Source of the DNA: Marsupella aquatica
Taxonomy: Eukaryota > Plantae > Marchantiophyta
Assembly (NCBI GenBank): GCA_973895155.1
Contig: OZ316892.1
Span: 21,081,619-21,145,618 of the forward strand
Reading direction: 5' to 3'
Length of the DNA: 64,000 nucleotides
The notes beneath the pieces were generated by a model. That model saw only the letters and a list, made by a program, of their open reading frames with translations. It searched no databases and was not told the origin of the DNA. The stretch's first letter is position 1. Each line of letters opens with the position of its first letter. A program made the translations under genes and the position numbers. Below are positions 1 to 13,013 of the stretch, piece after piece.

Positions 1-1605
1 AGTTCAAGATTCAAGCCCAGGAATAGACAGTGCAAATCTTCTGGGGCTGCTTTCTAATGGCCTCTGGGTAGAAACTCTAGTTAATTTGCATGTAGTTGAT
101 GCTGGGATGGACCATAAGGGGTTGACCTCAAGATTCCGGTAGACCAAGCACTTTTAATCTGGCACCGGAAAGGCAAGCATTTAGTATACAAATGAAAGGT
201 GTTCTCTGCGTAATAAACATTGTTCCAGAGTGGTCCATGTGGGTTGCAAGATTCCATTGAAGCACCTTGTCAAACAATGTAATCTATGGGAGTTTAAGTT
301 GCTCAATTTGCATTGGACATAGTTATGAACCCTGGGCTGACAGTGCAGAACTCTCAAACTTGTGAATATATAAAAGGACATCCATCATGAATGATTGTGG
401 ATCAACAGGGTAACCACCCTAAGTCAGCAAAATCACAGATACCAGTTCACAAATGCAATTAATCACAACTCTTCCAAAATATGGGTCTGAACCAAAATTA
501 ATCACACCTCTTCCAAGATAGGGGTCTGGACAAATCATATCTTAATGACACCTATCTCTCCCCCCCTCCCACTTTGTGACTTACTTCCCTAGACTCAACT
601 CTAGTTTGCAGTGATGCCCCAGGACCATTTTGTCGACCAAATGAGTACTTGCATATGTACAAGACCATCTCCGATTTAAGGATGCCTGTGGATAGTTGTC
701 CAGATCGACCAGACATCATGGATCGCTGATGCGTTTGATATCATGGCTTTTCAAGTAGCCCTCCTAGCTCCTTGCACCTTCATTAGTGACGAGCTTCGAT
801 GCTGGTGGAAGATTGATAGCAAACACCATGACTTGCAGTAGATCCTGTGCTAATCGTGTCCATCAAGACAGCAATTGATTTGGTCTCGATCTTTGTCTGC
901 GAATTCCCGTAGCGAGCAGCGGAGGTGCGGCGAGCAGCGGAGGTGGGGCGAGGTGCGGCAAAGCGGAGGTGCGTTTCAGGAGGCGTGGGGGTAATAATGA
1001 GGGTCCCCCGGCCCCCTGGAGCGGAGGTCGTCAGCCTGCGCTGACGCTCCCGGCTCAGCCCTGCGCCCGGGAAGGGTGGCCCTGGGCCCGGGACGAGTGG
1101 CCCTGCGCCCGGGTTTGACGGCCCTGGACCTGGGAAGGTTGCCCCCCCCCGGGTTGGGTTTTGGTTTCTTGGCGGCCCCAGTTGGGTTGGGTTTCTTGGC
1201 GGCCCGGTTTTCCTTGGCGGATTTGTGCTTGGCGGCCCCGGACCTGGTTTGGTTGGTGGGGCTGGGCCCCCACCATAGGCGGTACCCGTTCGCACTCTGG
1301 CTCCGTGCTTGCGGGGTTTTTTCATTCGGTCATTGGAGGCGTTCCTTCGGGTTACCAGGTTTTTGTGTTCGGCGCGACTTGCCACTACCGGGTTGAGGTT
1401 CTTTGCCTTGGACATCCATCCCTTGTTCCTTCATTTATGTTTTTGTTTTGCTCGAGCTTTCCGGTGTTGTTCTTGTACTCTTTTCTCATTGTTCCGTTCA
1501 TTTATTTTCGTTTCCTTTGCCCCACCCTTTATCCCAGCTTTTTCCCAGCATTTCCCCATGGAACCCCTCTCCTATCCTAGTTCACCACCTACCACTCTTG
1601 TCCCT

Positions 1606-4600
1606 ATGGCTTCCCCATCTTCCACCCCTCGTTCAGCTCGCCGGATCCGCCCCTCTTCCCCCCCCCACTTCTCCTTCTGATTCCCGTGTCCAGTGTGATG
1701 CTTGTCATAGTTGGTACCAACCATCTGGTCTGACTCGCCATCGTCGCTCATGTCCTGCTCTTCGTGCTTCCTCCTCCTCTGTGCTTCCCCCTGCCCCCCT
1801 TCCCCCTCCCCCGTCTGGCCCCCCCTTCTTCCTGGGATTGGCTGGCCCACCTAGATGTCCTTGCGGCTCTTTACCCCGATTTCCGGCATCCTCGATTGTA
1901 TACCCGGATTCCTGTGCCCTTGCGGCCCCTGCTTCGACAGGCCTTTCGTCTTCCTTTTGACCGGCTGGCGCGTGACCCCACTGATGTTGGTGCCTGGTCC
2001 CTACTCCTCTTGCTTCCTCATTGGGTGTTGACCCTCCCTCCTCGTGGGGGCCCGGCCGGGCATAGGGAGACCATTGCCAAGTTGCAACGGTTTTTGTCGG
2101 GGGACTGGATTTTGCTTCAGGAGGAGTTCTATCACCGGCTTCTTGCGTTGGCCTCTAGGGCCTCTGAGTTTGAGGAGGAACCTCTGGTCCCTCCTGTCCA
2201 GCGCCGCCTTCGCCGATGCCTTTTGTTGGGACAGGAGGGGGAGTTTTCTCGGGCCGCACGTTCCTTGGTTCCCCTTTCCCCCTCTCCTCCTTCGGTCGAG
2301 ACGGTTGCGGCCCTTCGGTCCCTTCATCCCCCGGCTTCTTGCGCGGTTCCAGGTTTCATTGGGAGCTTCTCTCCGGAGGTTGAGTTCTCCCTTTCTCGTG
2401 AGATTTTTTCCTCTGTCTTCCTTCATTTGCCCCGTCTTTCCGCTGGGGGCATCTCTGGGATGAGGTTCGAGCACCTCAGGGACTGCTTCTCCCCCGAGAC
2501 TCGGCGTCGGGTTTCCAGGAGTTGTTCCAGGTGTGTGCTCATGTTGCAGGTGACAGCATTCCGCCTGTTGTCGCTCGGCTCTTGGGGGCGTGTCGGTTCA
2601 TGGCTGTGGCCAAGGAGACGGGTGGTGTTCGACCCCTGGCCATTGGGGAGGTCCTGTATCGTCTGGTTAGCCGCTGCATTTGTTTACAGATGAGGGCACC
2701 GTTTGCTTCACACTTCTTCCCCCACCAGTTCGGCGTGGCCACCCCGGGCGGTTGTGAGAGCGTGGTACATGGCTTGCGTGCCGTTTTGGACCTCCACCCT
2801 GATTGGGGGGTCATTCAGGTGGATGTTGCCAATGCCTTCAACTCTGTCTCCCGTCGTGTGATTTTCGAGGAGCTTCGGGATGCTGGGGGGAGATTGCATC
2901 CCTCATCCCTTTTGCTCGGGCTTTTTATGGGACCCCTGCCCCCTTGGTCTACTCTGACCATCTGGCGTTTGGGACATACTCCACCATTATGTCAGAGTCC
3001 GGCACCCGGTAGGGGGATCCCCTTGGTGGTGCGTTGTTTGCCTTGGCTCATCTTCGGGCCATCCGGGCATCTTCCGGTGCTTTTCCAGGTTGCTTGTTCC
3101 CCTCTGTTGCTGACGATACTCACATTGTTGCTCCTGCCTTGCTTCTTGGAGATGCCTATATCCATTTTGTTCAGCAGCTTGCCATTATTGGTTTGTCAGT
3201 ACAGCCTAGGAAGTGTGGGGTCTGGTCCCGTCTTCCTCTCCCGGACTCATTCTCCCCCCCTCTTGATATCCCCATTAGACATGATGGCATTCGGGTCCTT
3301 GGGGTGCCGTTTGGGGGGACGGCCTTTGAGCAGGAGTTTCTACAGTCTGCCTTGGACCAGGATGTTGCGCACCTTGACCAGCTGGTGGCTTTGGGGGATG
3401 TCCAGATTGCCTTCCTCATTCTGGTTTTGTGTTTTGTTCGCCGACCATCATACCTTCTGCGGACGGTCCCCCCCACCCCAGCGTTTTTGTCCTTGCTCTC
3501 TTCCTTTGACACCACCGTGATGCGGGTCTTTGGTCACCTCATCGGTCCTGGAGCCCTTGATGGAGAGGATGGTTTTTTTGCGGCTAGGCAGGCGTCTCTG
3601 CCCCCATCGGGAGGTGGTTTGGGGGTGTCCTCGGCTGTGGTTGCTGCTCCTTGTGCGTTTCTTGGCAGTTGGGCGCAGGTGGCCCCCACCTTGGCGTCAC
3701 GTTTCATTGTGGACCTTCGGCCTATCCTCTCTGACTCGGTCATGGGAGTGGAGAACGGAGCTCTCCCTTTTCAGATCCAGCTTCGTCATGCCCGGTCCTT
3801 ATTACCGGAGGATGTGCAGAGCGTGGTCCCTGCTTTTGAGGGAGTTATTTTGGACAGTCCCAACCGAGTTCAACAGGTGATCTCTGATCGCATGCACCGA
3901 TTCACCCTTTCTAGCATGCTTTCCGACGCACCCTCTGACTTGGTTCGAGCGCGTCTTTTATCCGGTTCGGGCGTTGGTTCGGGGGCTTGGTTATCTGCGA
4001 GCCCATTGTGGGCCCCCTTTCGTATGAGTTCTTTTGTCTTCACCACTTCCATGCGCCTCCGTCTTGGTCTTCCCCACCCATGCCTCCTTGGGCAACCCAC
4101 ATGTGTTTGTGGAGTGCCCTTGGATAGGGGGGAATCCATATCCTACGATGTGGTCATGGTAGTGAGCGGACGGCGACACACGATGACATCCGGGATGTGG
4201 TAGCCGCCATCGCTCGTGATTCTGGGTATCATGTTATGATGGAGCAACGACATGTGTTACCACCCCAGGATGGAGTACCGGACAGGCGTCGGGCCGATTT
4301 GGTTTTCTCTCGCGCTGGTGTTCGTGCCCTTGGGGATGTGGTTGTTGCTGACCCCACTAGTGGAGCCAATTTGGCGTCCGCTGCCCACATCCCAGGTCAT
4401 GCTGCCACGAGGGCTGCTCGTCTCAAGGAGGAGGCTTATGCTACGCGTTACCCAGGGGACCTTTTCTACCCGTTTGCTGTGGAGGTCTTTGGAGCGCTGC
4501 ACCCGACCTTTGACCAGTTCTTGCGCTCCTGTGCGGTTCATTATGTCGAGCGGCGGCCTTATCCACCAGTCTCTGTTATCACATCCTTTTTTAGACAGAG

Positions 4601-4754
4601 GGTGTCCATTGTACTTCAGCGTGCACAAGCCTTCACTATCCTTCGTAGAGGCGAGGCGGTTGGAGTCCGGGCATCTAGTCGGATTCCATTGCTTGACCCC
4701 CCTATGCAGTTCACGACGGAGCTTTATCAGGCCCTTCACTTTGCCGTTGGGTAG
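1606..4754 (+). pseudogene. ZnF-RT-RLE polyprotein of the CRE-like element, frameshifted
   Basis: CDACHSWYQPSGLTRHRRSC; GGVRPLAIGEVLYRLVSR; HQFGVATPGGCE; QVDVANAFNSVSR; SGTR*GDPLGG (TAG at 3010 in place of Q); SVADDTHIV; CVCG..HILRC..THD; RRADLV..GDVVVADP..K; PFAVEVFG. About five frameshifts, mostly at C/G homopolymers. Confidence 0.85.
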
Positions 4755-4873
4755 TCTTTAGGTTTGTGTGTCCTTTGTTCTCCTTGGGCTGGGCTTGTGC
4801 CTGGTCTTTTTTGTTTTTGCTCTTTGGCCTTTTGGCCTTTTTTCTTGTTTTCCCTTGATGGGTTTTTTGGCCT

Positions 4874-4925
4874 GTGGGTTCCTGTCTCCCGGTTCAGCGG
4901 TGGGTTCCTGTCTCCCGGTTCAGCG
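4874..4925 (+). repeat. Perfect 26-bp tandem duplication in the retroelement 3' UTR
   Basis: gtgggttcctgtctcccggttcagcg x2. Confidence 0.9.
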
Positions 4926-5043
4926 CCTCCTGCTCTTTGGCAGTTTGATATATATACTAGAAGGAGAACCCATCCATCTCAAGCTAGGGAAAGTCTCGAC
5001 CCTAGAGCAATACATATTTGTAGAACTGGCTCCATGTTTTTGC

Positions 5044-6231
5044 TCATAGCTGAATAGAGCACATGGAGGTATGAAGGTCAGGAACCCCAGGGACCCAAAA
5101 AGTGGAGGATGCTCTCGACCACACTACGTCGTCCTTGCCACCGAAGCCGCTGCATTCGAGTAGACATTCTCCTCGCTCTTCGCTGTCGGTCTTCTTCCAC
5201 AACACCATTGCTAACAACTTGTTTTTCACGGGTAGAACAGCCAATATGGAAAGTCTGTCGACGGAGTCTATAGGTAGCAGTTCATCACATGCTATTCGAC
5301 TGTACCTATATGTCAATGCATTCTGTTCTTTATCGTAGACATAAATGCCATCCGAGAGCACTGAGTACATATTTCCTTGCCACATGAATGGCAATTGTCT
5401 TGGAACAGGGATGTTAAGCGAAAGACCAGGTATCCTATACAAAGCCCTTACCTCTCTCCAATCATTCTTGAGTGGATCATAAATCTGCCAAGTCGATACA
5501 ATGTCAAAATCGATCGCGAATCCACCGTGCACAAGGAGCTTCTCACCCGTACACATGACTCCAGGGTGCATTCGGCCTGAGGACATGGGTCTTATCATAG
5601 ACCAAGCATCGACTTTGGGATCATACATTTCACATCCACAAAGAGGAGTCATTCCTCCATCAGTAGAGCAGCCACCAAATACATAAATCCTCCCATTCAT
5701 GGCGTCGCACCCAAAGAATCGTCTCGGTTCTAGCATACTCGCACACCGCTTCCACTGCCTTTCTCCAGCCACATCCAGCACATACACACTTTGGTGCTCG
5801 TGATGATCGAGGTGAGTATTGACTCCTCCCAAAACATACAATCTGCCATCCAATGGTACGAATTCGAACCCTCGAAGAAGCACTGGCATTGGAGGAAGTC
5901 GGTGAAGGGATTTGTCTCTCAAACTGTAAAGAAAAAACTGACCGTTTCGGTTATTTTCTGAAGAAATATGAACGACCGCGAGAGTCTCTGTTGAATTGTG
6001 GCGAACTCTGGCATCGTAGACTCCTCGACTTCGTATTTCTTTTCGCCAACATGGAGTCACGGAAGATAGGGTATCAGTATATCTCCATGACAGCTTTGTG
6101 GCAATTTCGTACAAAGCAATGTCATTGGGAATACCCGGAAAGAGTTCCTCCAAGACGGGGAAAACGTGCTTAGAGTCCATATATAGCACTTGTTTCACGG
6201 CTGTGCTGCAAAAAGGCATTGCGATACACAT
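5044..6231 (-). CDS. F-box/kelch-repeat protein, intronless (start may be MDSKH at 6180)
   Basis: F-box-like ELFPGIPNDIALYEIATKL..VTPCWR; kelch repeats DGRLYVLGG, ASMLEPRRFFGCDAMNGRIYVFGG, EMYDPKVDAWSMIRPMSSGR, LLVHGG..IYDPLKNDW. Confidence 0.85.
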   Translation of the reverse strand: MCIAMPFCSTAVKQVLYMDSKHVFPVLEELFPGIPNDIALYEIATKLSWRYTDTLSSVTPCWRKEIRSRGVYDARVRHNSTETLAVVHISSENNRNGQFFLYSLRDKSLHRLPPMPVLLRGFEFVPLDGRLYVLGGVNTHLDHHEHQSVYVLDVAGERQWKRCASMLEPRRFFGCDAMNGRIYVFGGCSTDGGMTPLCGCEMYDPKVDAWSMIRPMSSGRMHPGVMCTGEKLLVHGGFAIDFDIVSTWQIYDPLKNDWREVRALYRIPGLSLNIPVPRQLPFMWQGNMYSVLSDGIYVYDKEQNALTYRYSRIACDELLPIDSVDRLSILAVLPVKNKLLAMVLWKKTDSEERGECLLECSGFGGKDDVVWSRASSTFWVPGVPDLHTSMCSIQL

Positions 6232-7506
6232 TAGAGGCTAGGAATGCAATTTCCAAAATGATCAGATTCCCATGATCTCTTGACTGAACGAGAAATAAAT
6301 ATATGCATATTGGAATGCAATCAGTGATGCCGCCCGCTTTTGTTCTAACCCACTTCTTGCAAAAAATGAGTTCACATTGAACGGAAGCTCTTCCACAACT
6401 TCTGAGAGAAGTTGTTGCAGCCAGAAGCACAAGTTCCTACAGTAGCTAGCACTGCACTCACAATCATGCTTTCAAGTAAGTGCAGTGAAAGGCAGGAATA
6501 CTTGTAATGGCAGAGGAAATGCACGACGTACTCATTTGTCTTGGTGCGTTCCCTATAGGGAACTATTAGGGCGTGTATGGTTTTAGTGGCAGAGCTTTAT
6601 ATGGTTTAGTGCATGTTTGGTTAGTGGCAGAACTTTATAGGGTTTAGGAAATTAATTTTTCTTAAATTTTAGGGGGTGTAGGCGAGGGTGTAGGGCTTAA
6701 AAAAGTCACAGGTGATGGGGGGGACGGGCGGTTTACTTTTTTATTCACCCAAGTTACCATGACATTTTATCACTCTTTGTAAACAATGCAAAGAGATAAT
6801 GGTATCACACTTTGCATTGATTCCTCCTTTTGGGTACTCCAGGTCGGTGACCATGCTTATAATACAAACAGTGAAAGAAGGAGCTTGCGCTCAACCAGAA
6901 GCCTGTACAACCAACAAACACACTTGGTAATAGTTTTGTCTTCAATCTCTACTCATTGATATTGTGGTCACCATACCTATCAATCAAGGCACGTTGGCAA
7001 GAAAATTGAGAATCGGTGATACTTCCCCTTTAGAAAAAGCAGTTGCAGCAAAGATCCCATTTCAAAATGAGTTAGAATTAAAATTATTATTGACTTCTGA
7101 AATAAACCCTATACCCTAAAATGCTGAAATGAACACAAGTTGCAATTCCGGTGACATAGCTTGCATTCAAATTTGCTACCTTTGGTCTTGCCTTTGGTTC
7201 CTGATCGAGCTTTGGTTGCAAAGCTAAGCACTATCTCTTCTTCTCCCTCTTGTAAGTTTTTACATCTCACCTCATCTCAAATGGTACTTGCAATACAAGT
7301 ATCACAAACTCTTGAATGCATTCAGTGGTACTGATATCAATGTTCATTTTTGAATTGGATGAAACTTTGAGAGGAAACCTAGATCTATCACTCAATCTGA
7401 TGCTCTTTTTTATACTGGCTTCATTGTTTGCTTTCAAGTACAGTAAATGACGAGAACAAGACCTAACCAGAGTAGGGTACATTTGCTCTTAAGTTTGCAA
7501 TCATGC

Positions 7507-9250
7507 TGATATATATATGGCTCATGATTGGTCAAATGATTTGAATGCACTTGACTGTGTATACTTACAAGTCAGGTGTGGGAGGCTCAACTTAGTAGTA
7601 GGTGTAGGACTTCTGAAGTCTTGGGTGAAAGTGGTATTGCTAGCAAGGATAAAGACTTAGTAGAGAGCCAAAAACACTGATTGAATGAATGCCCTTTGCA
7701 ATACTTCTATTGGGGTTTGCTTGTGACTAAAGGTGAACTATTAGAGGGGCATAGAAATATAGACCTTATGCAAAGAGCTCACTGGTATTCTGGTTGGGCT
7801 TGATTGATTTGAATGTAGGTCTCTACAGGAGTCAAGGAGAAAAGGTGAGGATTGGCTATAGAGGGCAAAGAGTTGGAACGGTGAGCGCTCATATATATAG
7901 CTCTGCCACTAACCATGGTTGAATCCTGACCTAACCTAGGTTAGAAACAACTAACCACAATTAGAAGTCATGGTTACAAGTTCACTGCACATTTACCCAC
8001 GCTTTGATGACTTTGACCAGATGATTTTCATATGCAGAGAGCAATCGTGGTATAGAAGCTTGGATTGCTTCAATCTTTTGATGGTGATTGTGGATGGACA
8101 TTTTTTTTCAGATTTCCTCAACTGGAGCTTATTCTGGAATTTTTGCTTCTTTTTATGGAGAAAATGAGATGTTTGAACAATTTCTAAGTGTAGAATGCAG
8201 TTTAAAAAGTTTAATTCCCTGTTATTTTATTTAAAATGTTCTAGACCTCAGAAATGGCTGAAATCCTGGCAGCAGGTAGAATAGATGTAGAAGATTACCC
8301 TGGAAACATTTCAACTTCATCGAAGCTGTGATTAGGAAGTTATGAATTTTCAAAGTTACCAAATCTTCATCCGCACAGTTTTCAGCGACGCTTTCAGAAG
8401 CGTCCATCAAATTCAGGATGCTTTGTGAAGCGTCCACCCAAGTACACGACGCCTCGTGAAGCGTCCACCAGTGACGATGACAAAAAGTACTTGACGCTTT
8501 GCAAAGCGTCCACCTGTTTTCTTCCCGGCACTTAGAAAATTTTAGGTTAGACTGCATTTTCATCCAATAACACTTTTGTCTTATTTCTTTGAAGTACTTA
8601 GACCACTTAGAAAAGTTTGAGATTTTGCCTGCTTGCAGACTGAAGGAAGCACCTGCAAGTGCGTTAAAATATGCATTTTGGGTGTTAGGGATTAAGAATT
8701 AAAAATAGGCAAATGTAGTCAAATATTTTTTTCTGTTAGAAAAGCCTAATGACACTTAGTCATTTTTGCCCCCAAATTTAGTTTTTGTAGGAACCTACTA
8801 TTATAGTAATATTTTATCAAGCTTAGTTAGACTCGAAAAGGTATAACTTTCCATACCACCATTATGTTAGGGCCTTAAACCTATAAAGTCTTTTAGAGTC
8901 ACTTCTTGAAAGGGGGCCAAACCATTATTCAGTAAAGGAGGTTGTTGATTAATTGTTCCTCCTTCCATTGTAACAAGTCATTGAGAGTCAAGGTCTTGTA
9001 TGGAAGTAAAGCTTTGATTTTGAAGTGTGATTAAATTCAAGACACTTTCGTAGTGAATGAGTTGAATGATTAACTTCTGAGGTTCACATCGAGTTCACTG
9101 CTAGAATTGCTCGCTGTGACGAGATTTGCTAGCCAATTCGAGGATGAATGTTGTAATTGTGAGAAGCAAAATTCTATTTTCACGGGAATTAGTATATATC
9201 GTTACCATGCACTGCAATAAATCTTAGAATTTGACTTAAGTTGTGTATCA
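7507..9250. mobile_element. Possible solo LTR or LTR remnant
   Basis: TGATA...TATCA ends, internal gaagcgtccac short repeats at 8397-8515, no coding capacity. Flanks (catgc/cactt) do not form a TSD. Confidence 0.25.
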
Positions 9251-12200
9251 CACTTAATCGAATCATGTTGACGGCGTCTTAAGGCTTATCTTTGCATTTG
9301 TAACTAGAAAGTTACTTTGGGTTTGGTGAACAGAGGTCTTACATCCAACATTATTATAGGTTAGAGAAAGGATGATTGGAGAGTGGTTGGAAGTTACCAT
9401 TTTATATATATATATATATAATAAGACCAGAGTCCTTTATGAAGGAGTGACAGTATTAAAATGATAATTAAATCATCTCAGTCTAAGTTATTTCCATCTA
9501 TAACTCAAAAGTTTTTGGACTGCTGTTTTGATGGATTTGTTTACTTCTGTTAGGAGTAAGTAAGAGAAATAGAGAGCAAGACACTCTAAAGCTCTCAAAA
9601 GGATAAAAATATTCAATCCGATCCAATTATATTCTTAAAGGGATCGATACCTTGGTCTTTAAGTGAGAAGTATCACTTTTGGTTCTTCCATCTATACCAC
9701 AGTGATTTTCCTTTCTTTGTGCAATTTGTATGGGATTTGCAAGAAACAAGAAGTATTGCCACTCTTCTCACTTGGTCTGACATAGTGTTCTGTATCCCTT
9801 GTCAAACAAATGCTCAAAAACTCAATTCGTTGAACCCCTTTGGTCCCAACTGCCTGCCTATTTCCATTTAGGTGATAAGAGAGTGACCTCCAGTTTTTCT
9901 ACTTAGTGTAAGTATTTTGTGTACAAAGGGAGTAGGTGAATCCCACTTGAGGATGCATGGGATTTGTGCAGCTAAAGTTGGTTCTTATGAAGCGCAAACT
10001 TGCTCACTGGCATGCTCACTTGCTCCAATGAAGATAGCTATTGTTGTGCTATGCTTGCTACAACAACTTATTTAGAGCAAACTCTGTGCTTATGTGGATC
10101 TACACATTCTAAGTAGCATTGAAAAATGTGAAGACATACATCCCCATGTCTTCACTTTTTGTGCATGATAGGCAACATGCTATAATTGGCAACATTAATA
10201 AAATGGCAAGACCCACTAGGTAACACTTAATGAGTTCCTCCGCAATTATCTTGAAAAATCTAAACACTAGAATATGCAATCCCACTGTTCTTCCTCATGT
10301 TTTTAGGAAACATCATTCTGGCATGAAGCATCCATGGCAGTCCATATGGTACTCATTTTTTCTAAGCATGAGATGGACCCAAAGGTGCAACTAGACACTC
10401 TCCCCACAACTCACACTCTCTTTGAAATCCAAATGCTAGAAAGACTTGGCAACAGTTTGCAATGTTTGATTGCCTGACCTTCTCACTTGTGCTCAACATC
10501 ACTTACTTTTGACAAGTGTGCAACTGGCATGCTGAGGCTAATCTATCTAAACTCTATCCCTTTGATTATGGGGACATTTGCTCATAACCGTGCGATGGAC
10601 CTAAAGGTGCCGTCTTGTGAATCTTTTTCATGCCCATCCTGTCATGCTCCCTACAGTGCACACACTCCTTGAAATCCAGTTGCCAACCTGCTGGCTCCCT
10701 GAGTGTCCAATTATGCTACACAACACTTCAGCTCAATAACATTTAGTATGACAATATTGTGAATCTCACTTATGCTCCACAACACTTTAGCCCCAAGGTG
10801 ATGGCTGATCAGTGCACATTTCAACATTGAATCTCAAGGAGAAAACTCGAGGGAAGGCTAAGAGCCAACTTGCATGTGGGCAGCCCCTCAGTTTTCGGGC
10901 CCTCAACTTCACAGATGGTATTGAAGGAGAATTTTGTATAGAACCTCCTTGTCACACAGGGCTTATGGCATACAAGGGCAAGGGTCAGCAACTTTCTGGC
11001 CCTTACCTAGAGGTCCCAAACCTTGAAAATTGAAAATTGACTAAAAAACGAAAATTTCACACTTAACAAACTCAGGTTCACACTAGTAAAAGTGGCAGAT
11101 TTTTGTGGAGAATCAAGATACACTTTAGAATAAAAAAATCCACTTTTTCCCACAACTGAGGCTTTTTATTCACAATTGAGGAGTTCCAATGGCAGAAAAG
11201 AAAGGGCTCTTGACATGCAAGCGGGCTCTAGTGGGTACACGCTTCCAACCCTGAACCTCAATGTGCAACCTCAAGGGAGGGATCATGAGTACACGCTCCT
11301 AATCCTGAACCTCAAGGAGCAAACTCGAGGGAAGGATCATAAAGTTTCCAGATTCACACCTGTCACCACTAATGTGGTTCGACTCATCCCACCACAATAA
11401 TTTTGGAAAGGCAGAAAACCCAGAGCTCAGGTTTGGCATGTTCTACGCGTGTCGCTCACTCGAATTCCACCCAATTCTTCGTCTTTAGAAACTGTCAATC
11501 CAACGAAGTCACTCCAGCAACGAGATAGGAATCCAAACCAATGGCCTCCTGATTCGCCCTCGTCACCGGATTTGGGTTCTGTGCAGCCAATTCCAACTCG
11601 CCACCTTTCGAGAAGAGTGAATTCTTGGGGCCCCACGTTGCCTCGATGTTTGCCCACCTGGACCCAATGGCCACCCCACAAAGGTCCCTCCCTATTTCAG
11701 CCTCTGTAATCCCTCTGATGGAATGCTTCTGGTCTCGATTGCGTCTCGATTGTGAGCATTCTGTTCGTTGGCATGAAGTTGTGATCTAACAATAAGAAGG
11801 GTAACGCAGCAGGTTCGTTGATTGTCAGTGAAACTACTTCTGCTGTACATTTAGTCTTCGTTCGAGTCTCTCAGTGTCTGCAGAGGTTCTTTACAGCTTC
11901 TGGGCAAGTTTTGGCAGCTGTGTGGGAGAGTCGGATTCGTGCAATTGTAGGGTTGAAGGATCGTTGACTTGTTAATTTCTAGACTCAAGGTATGGCAACG
12001 CGATGGACCACAGGTTTAGAATATGGCATGGAATCCGCTGTAGTGTGTTCCTAATGTCGATTGTTGTGTCAGTGTGAGAGGCAATGTGTTTAGAGTGGGG
12101 TTTTTCTCCGTTCGCGGTGTTTAAACGTTGTCATCTCATCAACCGCCTTACCAAAGGCTCGTTGTGCTGTCGTGTGCACGCGTCGCCTTTGCCTAGATGT

Positions 12201-13013
12201 TTTTATTTTACCACTTGGCTTCCGAAGCCACGGTACAAATGAAAACGAGTATCAGAACTGTTTTACGGCTGAAACTCCCACGAAACAATTCTTTGCACGC
12301 ATGTTTTCTTTTGAGATCATGTTCGTCAAATAGTACTGGACGTGCACCCTGCTTCAAGGAAATTCACTGGATTTTACTTCTTTCAGAGGTTTAATTGGAG
12401 TTCACTTTTGCAGAGATGTGATTGACGTTCGGGCTGAGAATTTCGTACAAGAAGTCGAGTGAAACTTTGTTCGGCCAGATTTCGTTTGATCAGGTGAGGA
12501 ATTTCTCCAGGAATCTGCCGTCACTTTTAGAGGCCTCGTTCAAATTACTTTGGTGCAGAGGTCTAGTTAGAATTTGCATGTTGAGGGCGTGTAACTGAAA
12601 TACCGGCTTGCGGGTGTGGCATATGCATTGTGCCTGAATTGGTTCTGAACTGCTTGAGCAGCGTTTCCGTCTGGAAGGCACTCTTTGAAAGAATTCTCAT
12701 TGAATGATTAGATTCCTCTCGTTCTTTACCGGGTCTCTGGAGTGTAGGCATCTCATTCTAGTTTCCACCTCAAAATTTTGTAGACTGGAGCGAAGCAACA
12801 GTAAAAAGTGTGGTCCGCCATTCAGCTAGGGTACTGTTTTCAGGAGAGAAAAGCAGAGAAGAATCTCTGACAAGGATCATTCTTTGTGGATACCGTAAAG
12901 GAACCACAACAGTCACAGATTGAGGAAAAGGTTGGAAAACTCATTTTCATACAACCCTTTCAGACCGGCTGAGGAGAATCAATTCGGAGTCTTATTGGCA
13001 GGAAGTATTGTCA

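Larger units (their letters stand above)
910..4957 (+). mobile_element. CRE-like (restriction-like endonuclease, RLE-type) non-LTR retrotransposon, near full length
   Basis: GC-rich block with C2HC-like zinc finger, RT and C-terminal CCHC+RLE coding segments in order. Repetitive 5' leader, T-rich 3' UTR ending at a short (TA)n. Ends are approximate and no TSD was found. Confidence 0.8.

Noticed and set aside
783-1580. Pro/Gly-rich ORFs of 106-210 aa on both strands
   Set aside because: They arise from the GC-rich repetitive 5' leader of the retroelement and have no domain signature.
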